From the NCBI GenBank assembly GCA_947448625.1, contig CANFOT010000002.1, positions 27,809-91,808 on the forward strand: a DNA stretch of 64,000 bases. Direction: 5' to 3'. The stretch comes from Burkholderiaceae bacterium. Lineage in GTDB: Bacteria > Pseudomonadota > Gammaproteobacteria > Burkholderiales > Burkholderiaceae. The position numbers and the translations under genes are program-made. Positions 1 through 9,185 of this stretch are shown piece by piece. Every line of letters starts with the position of its first letter. Within the stretch, counting starts at the first letter, position 1. Under the pieces are notes generated by a model. That model worked only from the letters and a program-made list of their open reading frames with translations, did not search any database and was not told the DNA's origin.

Positions 1-2
1 AA

Positions 3-626
3 GAATTGTTGGGAGAGAGGTTGCATGCGGCTGACTCTGAGCGCCTTCATAAGCTTGCCGGTCATGATCGCCACCAGGGTGTTGTGGCTCTAGCTGAGAA
101 GATGACGATTGCTCGTACCATTACCGAGGTAGTGGAGGACGCACAGAGCAATCAAAGCAAGGTGATGTTCTTGGTATTGGATGGTGTGACCGATCCCCAT
201 AATTTTGGTGCATGCTTACGTGTGGCTGATGGCGCTGGCGTTGATGCCGTTGTCATTCCTAAAGACCGCTCAGCTTCCATTAACGCCACTGTGAGTAAAG
301 TGTCGAGCGGCGCCTCAGAGGTGATGCCCGTGATTACCGTTACCAATCTGGTTCGCAGCATGAAGGAGATGCAGGAAGCGGGAGTTTGGTTGATTGGTAC
401 TGACGATGAAGCAGAAAAATCAATTTACGACCTGGATCTGACTGGTCCGATTGGTATTGTCATGGGCGCCGAAGGTGAGGGTATGCGTCGCCTCACCCGC
501 GAGACTTGCGATGAGTTGGTGCGCATCCCAATGAAGGGTGTTGTTGAGAGTTTGAATGTTTCTGTGGCAAGTGGCGTATGCTTGTATGAGGCTCTGAGAC
601 AACGTTTAGCCAAAGAGTCCAAATAA
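3..626 (+). CDS. rlmB: 23S rRNA (guanosine-2251-2'-O)-methyltransferase RlmB, 5'-truncated by window edge
   Basis: SpoU/TrmH motifs LDGVTDPHNFGAC, GAEGEGMRRL, ESLNVSVA; the frame is open to the window start. Confidence 0.93.
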   Translation, partial: ELLGERLHAADSERLHKLAGHDRHQGVVALAEKMTIARTITEVVEDAQSNQSKVMFLVLDGVTDPHNFGACLRVADGAGVDAVVIPKDRSASINATVSKVSSGASEVMPVITVTNLVRSMKEMQEAGVWLIGTDDEAEKSIYDLDLTGPIGIVMGAEGEGMRRLTRETCDELVRIPMKGVVESLNVSVASGVCLYEALRQRLAKESK

Positions 627-661
627 GCCGCTCATCACAACCATTTACTCAAGAGGCCTCT

Positions 662-847
662 ATGAAATGCAATATCGGACATACTGATCGCGTTCTACGA
701 ATGACTGTTGGCGTTACGCTAATGGGCCTTGCCGGTTTTGGAATTACTGGTCCTTGGGCTTGGATTGGCATCATCCCATTGCTGACCGGAATGATCGGAA
801 ATTGCCCGGCCTATAGTATTTTGGGTATCAATACTACAAAGAAGTAA
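662..847 (+). CDS. DUF2892 / YgaP-like small membrane protein
   Basis: N-x-G-x-x-D-R-x-x-R start, two hydrophobic segments, C-P-x-Y-x-x-x-G-x-x-T C-terminal motif; SD GAGG upstream. Confidence 0.85.
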   Translation: MKCNIGHTDRVLRMTVGVTLMGLAGFGITGPWAWIGIIPLLTGMIGNCPAYSILGINTTKK

Positions 848-859
848 TCAAGCAATCTG

Positions 860-1282
860 TTAGGCAAGTAATTGCTGCACAAATTGCTCTAGCTGTGCCG
901 CAGAGAGTGCACCGCTAATGCGATGAACTTCTTTGCCATTCTTAAATCCTGCCAGCGTAGGTATTGAGCGGATATTCCACTGCGACCCGAGTAGTTGTTC
1001 TGCCTCGGTATTTACTTTTACAAAAAGCACTTTATTTGCATGGGCAATCGCACTGGCCTGAAAGGTTGGGCCAAACATTTTGCATGGCCCACACCATGGC
1101 GCCCAAAAATCCACCATCACCGGCATCGCAGATTGAGTTACCAGCTCGCTAAAGTTTGCGACTGTAGCATTGATGGGTAGCGATAGGAGCCCTTGCTTAC
1201 AAGCTCCGCAGATAGGGGTCTGATTAAGTCTCTCAGCGGGAACTCGATTACCTTTACTGCAATGCGGACAATGAATAATCAT
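860..1282 (-). CDS. trxC: Thioredoxin 2 (Zn-finger thioredoxin)
   Basis: Two N-terminal CxxC (CPHC, CGAC) plus the WCGPC active site. Confidence 0.92.
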   Translation of the reverse strand: MIIHCPHCSKGNRVPAERLNQTPICGACKQGLLSLPINATVANFSELVTQSAMPVMVDFWAPWCGPCKMFGPTFQASAIAHANKVLFVKVNTEAEQLLGSQWNIRSIPTLAGFKNGKEVHRISGALSAAQLEQFVQQLLA

Positions 1283-1311
1283 CTTGACTCCTTAGCGGCT
1301 GATCTGAAGAC

Positions 1312-2280
1312 TTAGTTGCTTAATAAAGTCTCTAGCTTTTCAGTATCGATGCAGAAATTGCGTATTCCTTCGGCCAATTTCTCGGTAGCCATTGCATCAT
1401 TATTTAATTGCAATCTAAAGTTGGATTCATCCAGCTTGAGAGGGGAAATATTTTCACTAGCAAGTGCGCTTGCTGCATTGCTGGCATTGAGCTTTTTCTC
1501 CACAACCACCGTGCTTTTCTGTAGCTCGCCTAAAAGCTCTGGGCTGATGGTGAGTAAATCACACCCGGCTAGCTCTAGAATTTGACTGGTATTGCGGAAA
1601 CTAGCGCCCATGATTTCAGTCGCAATGCCAAAGTGCTTGTAATAGTGAAAGATCCGCTTCACGGACGTGACGCCGGGATCATTTGCTCCGCCATGATTGA
1701 TGTCACTCCAGTTGCTACCGAGTTTTGCTTTGTACCAATCTGTAATACGGCCTACAAATGGTGAAATCAATGTAGCGTTGACCGCTCCGCAGGCCGCAGC
1801 TTGCACTAAGGAGAAGAGTAGTGTGATATTGCAATGAATGCCTTCTGTCTCCAAAGCCTTTGCCGCCTGAATACCTTCCCATGTGCCTGCCAACTTAATC
1901 AAGACGCGCTTGCGATCAATCCCGTGAGCTTCATACAATGCGATGAGGTGCTTAGCTTTGTGAATTGTTGCCTGAGTATCAAAAGACAGGCGGGCATCTA
2001 CTTCGGTCGAAACCCTTCCAGGAACAATCTTCAAAATCTCAAGGCCAAAGGCCACCAGGATGTAGTCAACCAAATCAACTGGTTTCATGCCTGGGTGAGC
2101 TAATTTGACCTGATTTACTAAAGCTTGGTAGTTTGATTGCTGAGCAGCTTTAAGAATCAGGGATGGGTTGGTAGTGGCATCCTGAGGTTGGTATTCCTGC
2201 ATACGCTCAAAGTCGCCGGTATCGGCCACGACGGTTGTGAGTTGTTTGAGTTGGCTAAGTGCGGTAGCGGAGGAAGTCAT
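1312..2280 (-). CDS. tal: Transaldolase
   Basis: [39 protein letters not shown] motifs. Confidence 0.97.
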   Translation of the reverse strand: MTSSATALSQLKQLTTVVADTGDFERMQEYQPQDATTNPSLILKAAQQSNYQALVNQVKLAHPGMKPVDLVDYILVAFGLEILKIVPGRVSTEVDARLSFDTQATIHKAKHLIALYEAHGIDRKRVLIKLAGTWEGIQAAKALETEGIHCNITLLFSLVQAAACGAVNATLISPFVGRITDWYKAKLGSNWSDINHGGANDPGVTSVKRIFHYYKHFGIATEIMGASFRNTSQILELAGCDLLTISPELLGELQKSTVVVEKKLNASNAASALASENISPLKLDESNFRLQLNNDAMATEKLAEGIRNFCIDTEKLETLLSN

Positions 2281-2389
2281 GAGGATTTTGAATGCTCTCG
2301 ATTAAATAATCAGGAAAATACACTGAATATCATATGATAGATGCATAAATAAGGCTGTTCCAGTTCAGACAAGGATATTGAGCAAGATC

Positions 2390-3100
2390 ATGAATCAAGA
2401 TCAACTAAAGCAATTGGTGGGTGAAGCGGCACGGGACGAGGTCTTAAAGCTCCCTGCAGGCCAGGTCTTGGGTATTGGCACGGGCTCCACAGCTAATTGC
2501 TTTATTGATGCCTTGGCACCCCATAGGGCGCATTTCTCAGGAACAGTATCTAGCTCCAATGCGACAACTGAGCGCTTGTTGAGGCACGGCTTTAAGGTCT
2601 TAGATCCCAATGAGGTGGGCCAGTTGCCAGCCTATGTTGACGGTGCCGATGAAATCGATCCTGCCGGTCACATGATTAAGGGTGGGGGTGGAGCCTTAAC
2701 GCGCGAAAAGATTATTGCATCAATGGCTAAGCAGTTTATCTGCATCTGCGATGCCTCTAAACAGGTCCCATTGCTGGGTAACTTTGCTTTGCCTGTGGAG
2801 ATTATTCCTTTATCTAAAGGGGTTGTTACTCAAGAACTAGCCAAGTTGGGCGGCACGGTAACACTCAGAATGGCAAAAGAGACTCGTTCCGATTTGGGTC
2901 AGACGCCAAGCCAACCCTTTGTGACTGACAACGGCGGTTGGATTTTGGATATTGCTGGGTTAAAGATCGACAATCCACTCGCTCTTGAGGCGCAAATCAA
3001 TCAAATTGCCGGCGTAATTACTGTTGGCCTTTTCGCTAAAGAGAAGGCTGATATTTTGTTGGTAAGCAATGCATCTGGTGTGAGCAGAATTACTTTTTAA
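2390..3100 (+). CDS. rpiA: Ribose-5-phosphate isomerase A (start 2390 ATG, or 2378 TTG)
   Basis: GIGTGST, DGADE, IKGGGGALTREKI motifs. Confidence 0.97.
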   Translation: MNQDQLKQLVGEAARDEVLKLPAGQVLGIGTGSTANCFIDALAPHRAHFSGTVSSSNATTERLLRHGFKVLDPNEVGQLPAYVDGADEIDPAGHMIKGGGGALTREKIIASMAKQFICICDASKQVPLLGNFALPVEIIPLSKGVVTQELAKLGGTVTLRMAKETRSDLGQTPSQPFVTDNGGWILDIAGLKIDNPLALEAQINQIAGVITVGLFAKEKADILLVSNASGVSRITF

Positions 3101-3145
3101 ATAAAAAACCCGATGGGGCAGCAAGCTGATCCATCGGGTTTGTTT
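3101..3145. terminator. Bidirectional intrinsic terminator (rpiA on +, candidate sRNA on -)
   Basis: Stem AAACCCGATGG (3106-3116) / CCATCGGGTTT (3131-3141), with an A-tract on the left and a T-rich tail on the right. Confidence 0.85.
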
Positions 3146-3270
3146 GCCATGATTATTCATGGCGCAGGCAAAAGGAAGAGATTTAGTTCCCAATGCCTAT
3201 AAGCACATAGATATGCTTACGAGTAGTGGCTTTCGCCAATGTAGCCAATTACAAGTTCTGACTGACTACG
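3103..3270 (-). ncRNA. Candidate ~170-nt small regulatory RNA
   Basis: Own promoter TTGACG-N17-TAGGAT, internal hairpins (TGGC-GAAA-GCCA; GCCATGA-ATAA-TCATGGC), CU-rich AAAUCUCUUCCUUUU, and an intrinsic terminator with U6 tail. Confidence 0.6.
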
Positions 3271-3275
3271 ATTCA

Positions 3276-3304
3276 ATCCTATGCCTATGAATTTGACTCG
3301 TCAA
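3276..3304 (-). promoter_or_regulatory. sigma70 promoter for the candidate sRNA
   Basis: -35 TTGACG (3304-3299), 17-bp spacer, -10 TAGGAT (3281-3276). Confidence 0.65.
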
Positions 3305-3321
3305 GGAATATTCAAAAATAA

Positions 3322-3594
3322 TTATTCTGCTGGCGGCACATAGCCCTGAGCCATGTCTGCACCACCTTCAAAGAAGTATTTTTCAACTTGCTTGAGGAGG
3401 TATTGGCGAGCACGGGGGTCAGCCATATTGAGGCGATTCTCATTAATAAGCATCGTTTGCTGTTTCAACCAAGCAGCCCAAGCTTCTTTGGAGACTTGAT
3501 TCCAAATCTTCTTGCCAAGCTCTCCTGGCAATGGAGCGAAATCCATGCCTTCAGCCTCTTTGTTCAGTTTGATGCATTGAACCATGCGTGCCAT
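3322..3594 (-). CDS. yggX: Fe(II)-trafficking / oxidative damage protection protein YggX
   Basis: [34 protein letters not shown]. Confidence 0.95.
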   Translation of the reverse strand: MARMVQCIKLNKEAEGMDFAPLPGELGKKIWNQVSKEAWAAWLKQQTMLINENRLNMADPRARQYLLKQVEKYFFEGGADMAQGYVPPAE

Positions 3595-3660
3595 TTGTAA
3601 TGCCTTTCAAATACGATGTACTAAATCTAAAAAATGTAAACCAAAGGGAGTTATAAAAAC

Positions 3661-5025
3661 TTATAGATCTTTGGTGAGAACCATGGATTTGCGATCCCAG
3701 TTATAAATCTGTTTTCTTTCCTCTGGAAGATCGTCAACAGAGGCGCGCTTAAAGCCACGCTTCAAAAACCAATGCTCTGTTCTGGTCGTTAAAACAAATA
3801 GCTTTTTAATGCCTTCGCGTTTTGCTCTCATCTCAACCCGCTTAAGTAAACGCTCTCCATCGCCTGAGCCCTGAACATCGGGATCGACTGCGAGGCAAGC
3901 TAGTTCGCCTACGCCGTTCGGGAAGGGGAAGAGGGCTGCGCAACCGAAGAGAACACGGTCATGCTCAATGACAGAGAAGCGCTGAATATCTCGCTCAATT
4001 ACGTCCTGACCACGAGCGGCCAAAATGCCTTCTTCTTCGAGCGGGCTGGTTAACTGTAGGATGCCACCAACATCATCCTGATTTGCTTCACGCAAATTTT
4101 CAATATCAGATGATGCCAACATCATGCCGATACCATCATGGGTGAAGAGCTCCTCTAGGAGAGCGCCATCTTGATTGCAGGGTAAGAAATGAACGCGACT
4201 CACGCCAGCACGTATAGCCCTGCCAGAGATATTGAGCAAGCTTTTCATGCCCTGATCGAGTTCTGGATGTTGAGTTACATACTCCTGGAGTTGCGGCATG
4301 GAAAGTTCAGTGATGAAATCACCATCATCATCTTTTAACCCAGCATAGGGGCTTAAGAAAATCAGCTTATCCGCTTTAAGAGCTGCTGCAGTGGATGCGG
4401 CTACATCTTCAAAGGCGAGATTAAATGCTTGACCAGTCGGCGAGAAGCCTAAAGGTGAGAGCAACACAATTTTATTGCTATCGAGCGAGAGCTTGATTGA
4501 GGTGGAGTCAACTTTACGTACCAGGCCTGTATGGATGTAATCGATTCCCTCAACTACGCCTACGGGCATGGCGGTAATAAAATTACCTGAGATCACTGAA
4601 ATGCGTGAACCCGCCATTGGCGTATTGGGTAAGCCGCGACTAAATGCAGCTTCAATATCTAGACGTAATTCACCAGCAGCTTCTTTGACGCACTCTAAAG
4701 CTGCGGCATCAGTAATGCGGTAGCTGTGCATGGCACTCTTGCCGAACTGGCTCTTAATGTTGCGGAGCATTAGCTGCTCTTCGATTTGAGGTCGGATGCC
4801 GTGAACCAAAACAATGCGCATACCCATGGCATGCAACATGGCGATATCTTCAATAAGGTTCTCTAAGCCAATTTCCTGGGCCAGCTCGCCGGCAAAGGCA
4901 ATAACAAAGGTCTTCTCGCGGAAGCTATGGATATAGGGCGCAACATCACGCAGCCATCCCACAAAGGGAAAATTGGAGCTTGATTCTTCGGCGTTTGAGC
5001 CGGGGTTTGGTGCATTTGTTGGCAT
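3661..5025 (-). CDS. argA: Amino-acid N-acetyltransferase (N-acetylglutamate synthase)
   Basis: AAK domain (APYIH, LVHG, RITD) plus C-terminal GNAT (ELACLAV, FVLTTRTEHWF). Confidence 0.96.
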   Translation of the reverse strand: MPTNAPNPGSNAEESSSNFPFVGWLRDVAPYIHSFREKTFVIAFAGELAQEIGLENLIEDIAMLHAMGMRIVLVHGIRPQIEEQLMLRNIKSQFGKSAMHSYRITDAAALECVKEAAGELRLDIEAAFSRGLPNTPMAGSRISVISGNFITAMPVGVVEGIDYIHTGLVRKVDSTSIKLSLDSNKIVLLSPLGFSPTGQAFNLAFEDVAASTAAALKADKLIFLSPYAGLKDDDGDFITELSMPQLQEYVTQHPELDQGMKSLLNISGRAIRAGVSRVHFLPCNQDGALLEELFTHDGIGMMLASSDIENLREANQDDVGGILQLTSPLEEEGILAARGQDVIERDIQRFSVIEHDRVLFGCAALFPFPNGVGELACLAVDPDVQGSGDGERLLKRVEMRAKREGIKKLFVLTTRTEHWFLKRGFKRASVDDLPEERKQIYNWDRKSMVLTKDL

Positions 5026-5034
5026 AGTGAGAAA

Positions 5035-5063
5035 ATTATAGGGTGCAAGAGCCTATAAACCAA
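5035..5063 (-). promoter_or_regulatory. sigma70 promoter for argA, lying over the hrpA start
   Basis: TTGGTT (5063-5058), N17, TATAAT (5040-5035); 9 nt before the argA ATG. Confidence 0.55.
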
Positions 5064-8000
5064 CAAAAACCCAAAGCAAGCCCTGCGACTGTGCCTGCTT
5101 CCAACACCCCTCGACGGCTAGAAATTCGCTTTCCGGAGGAGTTGCCGGTTTCAGGTCAGCGCCAAATCATCAAAGATGCCTTGAGCTCTCATCAGGTCGT
5201 GATTGTCTGTGGTGAGACTGGCTCGGGCAAAACAACCCAATTACCCAAAATCTGTTTGGATCTCGGCAGAGGCACTATCAACGGCGGCCGGCTGATTGGG
5301 CATACGCAGCCTCGCCGTATTGCTGCAACAGCCACAGCGAAGCGTATAGCCCAGGAGCTGGGCACTCCAATTGGTCAAGATGTCGGTTACCAAGTGCGTT
5401 TTGCCGATAAGACCAGTCAGGGCGCCTCCATCAAGTTAATGACTGACGGTATCCTGTTGGCTGAGACTCAGAGAGACCCTCAGTTACGGGCCTATGACAC
5501 GCTCATCATTGACGAAGCCCATGAACGTAGTCTGAATATTGATTTCCTACTGGGCTATCTTCGCCAACTGCTGCCTAAGCGACCAGATCTCAAGCTGATC
5601 ATTACTTCGGCCACTATTGACGCCAAACGTTTTTCTGATCATTTCACATTAAACGGCAAATCTGCCCCAGTGATTGAGGTTAGTGGACGACTTTTCCCGG
5701 TAGAGCAGCGCTACGAACCGCTGGAACCTGATGCCAAGCCAGATGGCAAAAAAGAATCCAAAGAGGCCAAGGAGATTCCGGATGCGGTAGCTGAGGCCAT
5801 CGCCAATGTCTGGCGAGAGGGTGCCTCAGGCGCCGGAGATGTCTTGGTGTTCTTGCCTGGAGAGCGAGAGATTCGGGACTGTGCCGAAGTGCTCAGAAAA
5901 GACCATGCTCTCCAGCAACGCTTTCATCCTGAAATTTTGAGTCTATTTGCCCGGCAATCGGTCCCAGAACAAGAGCGCGTATTTAATCCTGGTAATGGCC
6001 GACGCATCATTTTGACGACCAACGTTGCTGAGACTTCATTAACAGTGCCGAATATCCGCTATGTAGTGGACAGTGGACTTGCGCGCGTGAAGCGTTATTC
6101 CTACCGCAATAAAGTAGAGCAACTACAGATCGAGCCGATTTCTCAGGCTGCCGCTAATCAAAGGGCAGGTCGTTGCGGTCGTGTATCGGATGGTATTTGT
6201 ATTCGTCTGTATAGCGAACAAGACTACTTGAGTCGCCCTAAATTTACCGACCCAGAAATTCTGCGCAGTTCGCTAGCGGCGGTATTGCTACGCATGAGTT
6301 CTTTGCGTTTACCCAGAATTCAAGAATTCCCATTTATTGATAAGCCATTAGGTCGTGCGATTGCCGATGGCGTGCAGTTGCTTGATGAGCTAGGCGCCAT
6401 TGTTTATGACGAAGCTGCTGCAGGTCATGACAAGGATATGAATAGCAGCTTCAAGCTTACCCCTACAGGTAAGCAATTAGCCGATCTTCCTTTGGATCCT
6501 CGAATTGGACGCATGCTCTTGGCTGCAAAAGAGCAAAACGCATTACGTGAAGTGAGCATCATCGCATCTGCATTAGCTACACAAGATCCTCGCGATCGGC
6601 CCATGGATCAAGCTGCTGCCGCTGATCAAGCGCACCTGCAGTTTGCAGATGAGCGTTCAGAATTCCTGAGCTTCGTTAAGTTATGGGATTGGCATCAAGA
6701 TGCTCTGCAGCACAAGCACAGTAATCGTCAATTAGAGAACCTCTGTCGAAGTAAATTTTTATCTCCAAGGCGTTTGCGAGAGTGGCGCGATGTCCATGGT
6801 CAACTCCATACGATGTTGGGTGAAAAAGGCTGGAAAGAAAATCCATCGGCCGCCACCTATGAACAAGTACACCTCTCTTTGTTAACTGGCTTATTGGGTT
6901 ATGTAGCCAAGAAAGAGGAGGATGAGAAATCCCAGGAGCGTGGTAGCAAAACGGGTGGATATATTGGCGCCCGCGGTATACGTCCATTTATTTGGCCGGG
7001 CTCAACCATTGGCAAGAAAGCTGGCGCTTGGATTTTGGCTGGCGAACTTCAAGAAACCAATCGCATGTATGCCCGTACGATTGCCAAGATTGAGCCTCAG
7101 TGGGTGGAGAAGGTGGCAGCTCACCGTCTCATCAAATCTCTCAGCGATCCTTTTTGGGATAGTCGCCAAGGTGAGGTGATGGCTTTTGAGCGTGGTACTT
7201 TATATGGCCTACCGATTTATCACGGTCGTCGAGTGCGCTATGAGTCGCACAACCCAGAAGAGGCACGTGAGTTATTTATCAAGCAGGCCTTAGTGCAAGA
7301 GGAAATGTTTGGACGCATGGACACTCCGGCACTGATGCGGGAGACTGAGGCTGATGCAAGAAAAAAATATCCCGGAAGCTTCGAATTCTTCTGGCATAAC
7401 CGCAAGTTGATTAAAGAGATCGAGGCTTTAGAGCATCGCTCCAGGCGTCCTGATGTCTTGGTAGATGACGATCTCTTGTTTGCATTTTATGACTCCCGTA
7501 TTCCGAAAGAGGTTCTGAGTAGGGAAGGAATGAAAGCCTGGCTAAAGAAATCATCCAGGGGTGAAGGCGGAGATGAAGAGGCCGCCGACCATCTCTTGCG
7601 TTTAGCTAAAGCCGATCTAATGCGCCATGAAGCGGCGGGCATTACAGTAGACCGCTATCCTAAAAAGATGATGGTGGGCGGCAGCGAACTCACTCTTGCT
7701 TATCACTTTGAGCCAGGCAACCCTAAAGATGGAGTGACTCTCGTTGTCCCCTTGACTCTGCTAAACCAGGTGGATGGCCGCCGTTGTGAATGGCTTGTTC
7801 CAGGTATGTGCGAGGAAAAAATCCAGCTGCTGCTTAAATCACTTCCTCAGAAATTACGTCGTCACTGCGTTCCGTTACCTGAGTACGCAAAATCGTTCTT
7901 GGAGCGCATGCTTGCTGAAAAGCAGTTTGGAGTAGGAGACTTTTTAGACAGTCTGATTACCGACATTCGCAAAGAACGTGGTTTGGAAATTAAGCGTACG

Positions 8001-9125
8001 GATTTCAGACCAGAGTCCTTGCCGCTACATTCTACGATGAACTTCCGTTTGGTGGATGAGCACGGGCGCCAACTTGAGTTGGAGCGGAATTTATCGCGAC
8101 TACGCGCTGAGCATGGAGAAACTGCCCGTTCTGCATTTCAGGCGATTGCACAGCAAGCAGTACAGGAAGAGCTTGCTGCTGATTCCCCGGCAAATAATTC
8201 ACATGCTGCCCCCAAGACAAGTCAAAGCGGGAATGCTTCTCTAGTAAAAAACGTCGAGCAGGGTGGTTATCGCAGTTGGGACTTTGGTGAGTTACCCGAA
8301 ACTCTGGAGATTCAAAAAGGCAATCGCACTCTATTTGGCTATCCTGCCTTGGTCGACCGTACCGAGACATGTGACCTTGAGGTATTTGATGATTTGCTGG
8401 AAGCCAGAAAACATCATTGGTTGGGATTGCGCAGACTTTTTGCCCTATCTAATAAAGACACGATCAAGGCATTACAAAAACAACTCCCCGGAATTCGGGA
8501 GCTTGGTTTATTGTTTATTAACGTAGGTTCGGTAGATAGCTTGATTGAGCAAATTCTGAATCTTGCCTTGGAGCGGGCATTTATGAATGATCCGTTGCCG
8601 GTGAATGCAGATGAATTTTCAGAGCGTCTGCAAGCTGGTAAGCCTCGCTTGGCTCTGATTGCCCAGGAGATTGCAAAGCATGCATTAGCCGCCTTGCAAG
8701 CACATGCGGATCTTCTCAAAAAGCTAGCGCAAGCAAAGGCTGCCTCTGCAACTGCCTACGCGGATATTCAGAATCAAATCCAGGGTTTGATATCCACTAG
8801 GTTTGTTTCGGATACACCATACGGTCAACTGGTTCATTTCCCTCGATACCTCAAAGCTATTGCGATGCGAATCGATAAGTTACGTGCTAATCCCAGCCGT
8901 GATGCTCAGTGTCAAAAGGACTGGGAGTCTGTTGCACGGCCCTGGCAAAAACTCGTTCAGGCTAGTCGCGGATCTTCGGCATATGCCATGAGCGAGGATC
9001 AGGCTTTGGCGGATTTTCGTTGGCAGCTAGAGGAATTGAGAGTGGCTCTGTATGCCCAGGAGTTAAAGACCCCAACTCCAATGTCCTTAAAGCGCTTAGA
9101 AAAGGTCCTTGCTAGCTTGCGTTAG
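5043..9125 (+). CDS. hrpA: ATP-dependent RNA helicase HrpA
   Basis: GETGSGKTTQ, TQPRRIAA, DEAH, SAT, QRAGRCGR; HrpA C-terminal domain ending EELRVALYAQEL. Confidence 0.97.
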   Translation: MQEPINQQKPKASPATVPASNTPRRLEIRFPEELPVSGQRQIIKDALSSHQVVIVCGETGSGKTTQLPKICLDLGRGTINGGRLIGHTQPRRIAATATAKRIAQELGTPIGQDVGYQVRFADKTSQGASIKLMTDGILLAETQRDPQLRAYDTLIIDEAHERSLNIDFLLGYLRQLLPKRPDLKLIITSATIDAKRFSDHFTLNGKSAPVIEVSGRLFPVEQRYEPLEPDAKPDGKKESKEAKEIPDAVAEAIANVWREGASGAGDVLVFLPGEREIRDCAEVLRKDHALQQRFHPEILSLFARQSVPEQERVFNPGNGRRIILTTNVAETSLTVPNIRYVVDSGLARVKRYSYRNKVEQLQIEPISQAAANQRAGRCGRVSDGICIRLYSEQDYLSRPKFTDPEILRSSLAAVLLRMSSLRLPRIQEFPFIDKPLGRAIADGVQLLDELGAIVYDEAAAGHDKDMNSSFKLTPTGKQLADLPLDPRIGRMLLAAKEQNALREVSIIASALATQDPRDRPMDQAAAADQAHLQFADERSEFLSFVKLWDWHQDALQHKHSNRQLENLCRSKFLSPRRLREWRDVHGQLHTMLGEKGWKENPSAATYEQVHLSLLTGLLGYVAKKEEDEKSQERGSKTGGYIGARGIRPFIWPGSTIGKKAGAWILAGELQETNRMYARTIAKIEPQWVEKVAAHRLIKSLSDPFWDSRQGEVMAFERGTLYGLPIYHGRRVRYESHNPEEARELFIKQALVQEEMFGRMDTPALMRETEADARKKYPGSFEFFWHNRKLIKEIEALEHRSRRPDVLVDDDLLFAFYDSRIPKEVLSREGMKAWLKKSSRGEGGDEEAADHLLRLAKADLMRHEAAGITVDRYPKKMMVGGSELTLAYHFEPGNPKDGVTLVVPLTLLNQVDGRRCEWLVPGMCEEKIQLLLKSLPQKLRRHCVPLPEYAKSFLERMLAEKQFGVGDFLDSLITDIRKERGLEIKRTDFRPESLPLHSTMNFRLVDEHGRQLELERNLSRLRAEHGETARSAFQAIAQQAVQEELAADSPANNSHAAPKTSQSGNASLVKNVEQGGYRSWDFGELPETLEIQKGNRTLFGYPALVDRTETCDLEVFDDLLEARKHHWLGLRRLFALSNKDTIKALQKQLPGIRELGLLFINVGSVDSLIEQILNLALERAFMNDPLPVNADEFSERLQAGKPRLALIAQEIAKHALAALQAHADLLKKLAQAKAASATAYADIQNQIQGLISTRFVSDTPYGQLVHFPRYLKAIAMRIDKLRANPSRDAQCQKDWESVARPWQKLVQASRGSSAYAMSEDQALADFRWQLEELRVALYAQELKTPTPMSLKRLEKVLASLR

Positions 9126-9185
9126 GTCAAATAGATCCTGATCAAACAGTCCAAAGCGGGATATCAATTGCTTACAATGTCAGTT

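Noticed and set aside
2960-3193. 77-aa minus-strand ORF overlapping the candidate sRNA
   Set aside because: TTG start without SD, runs through the terminator and antisense into rpiA; no recognisable protein features.
4997-5013. TTTGGTGCA NtrC-like half-site at the argA 5' end
   Set aside because: Only one half-site matches and it lies in coding sequence; likely chance.
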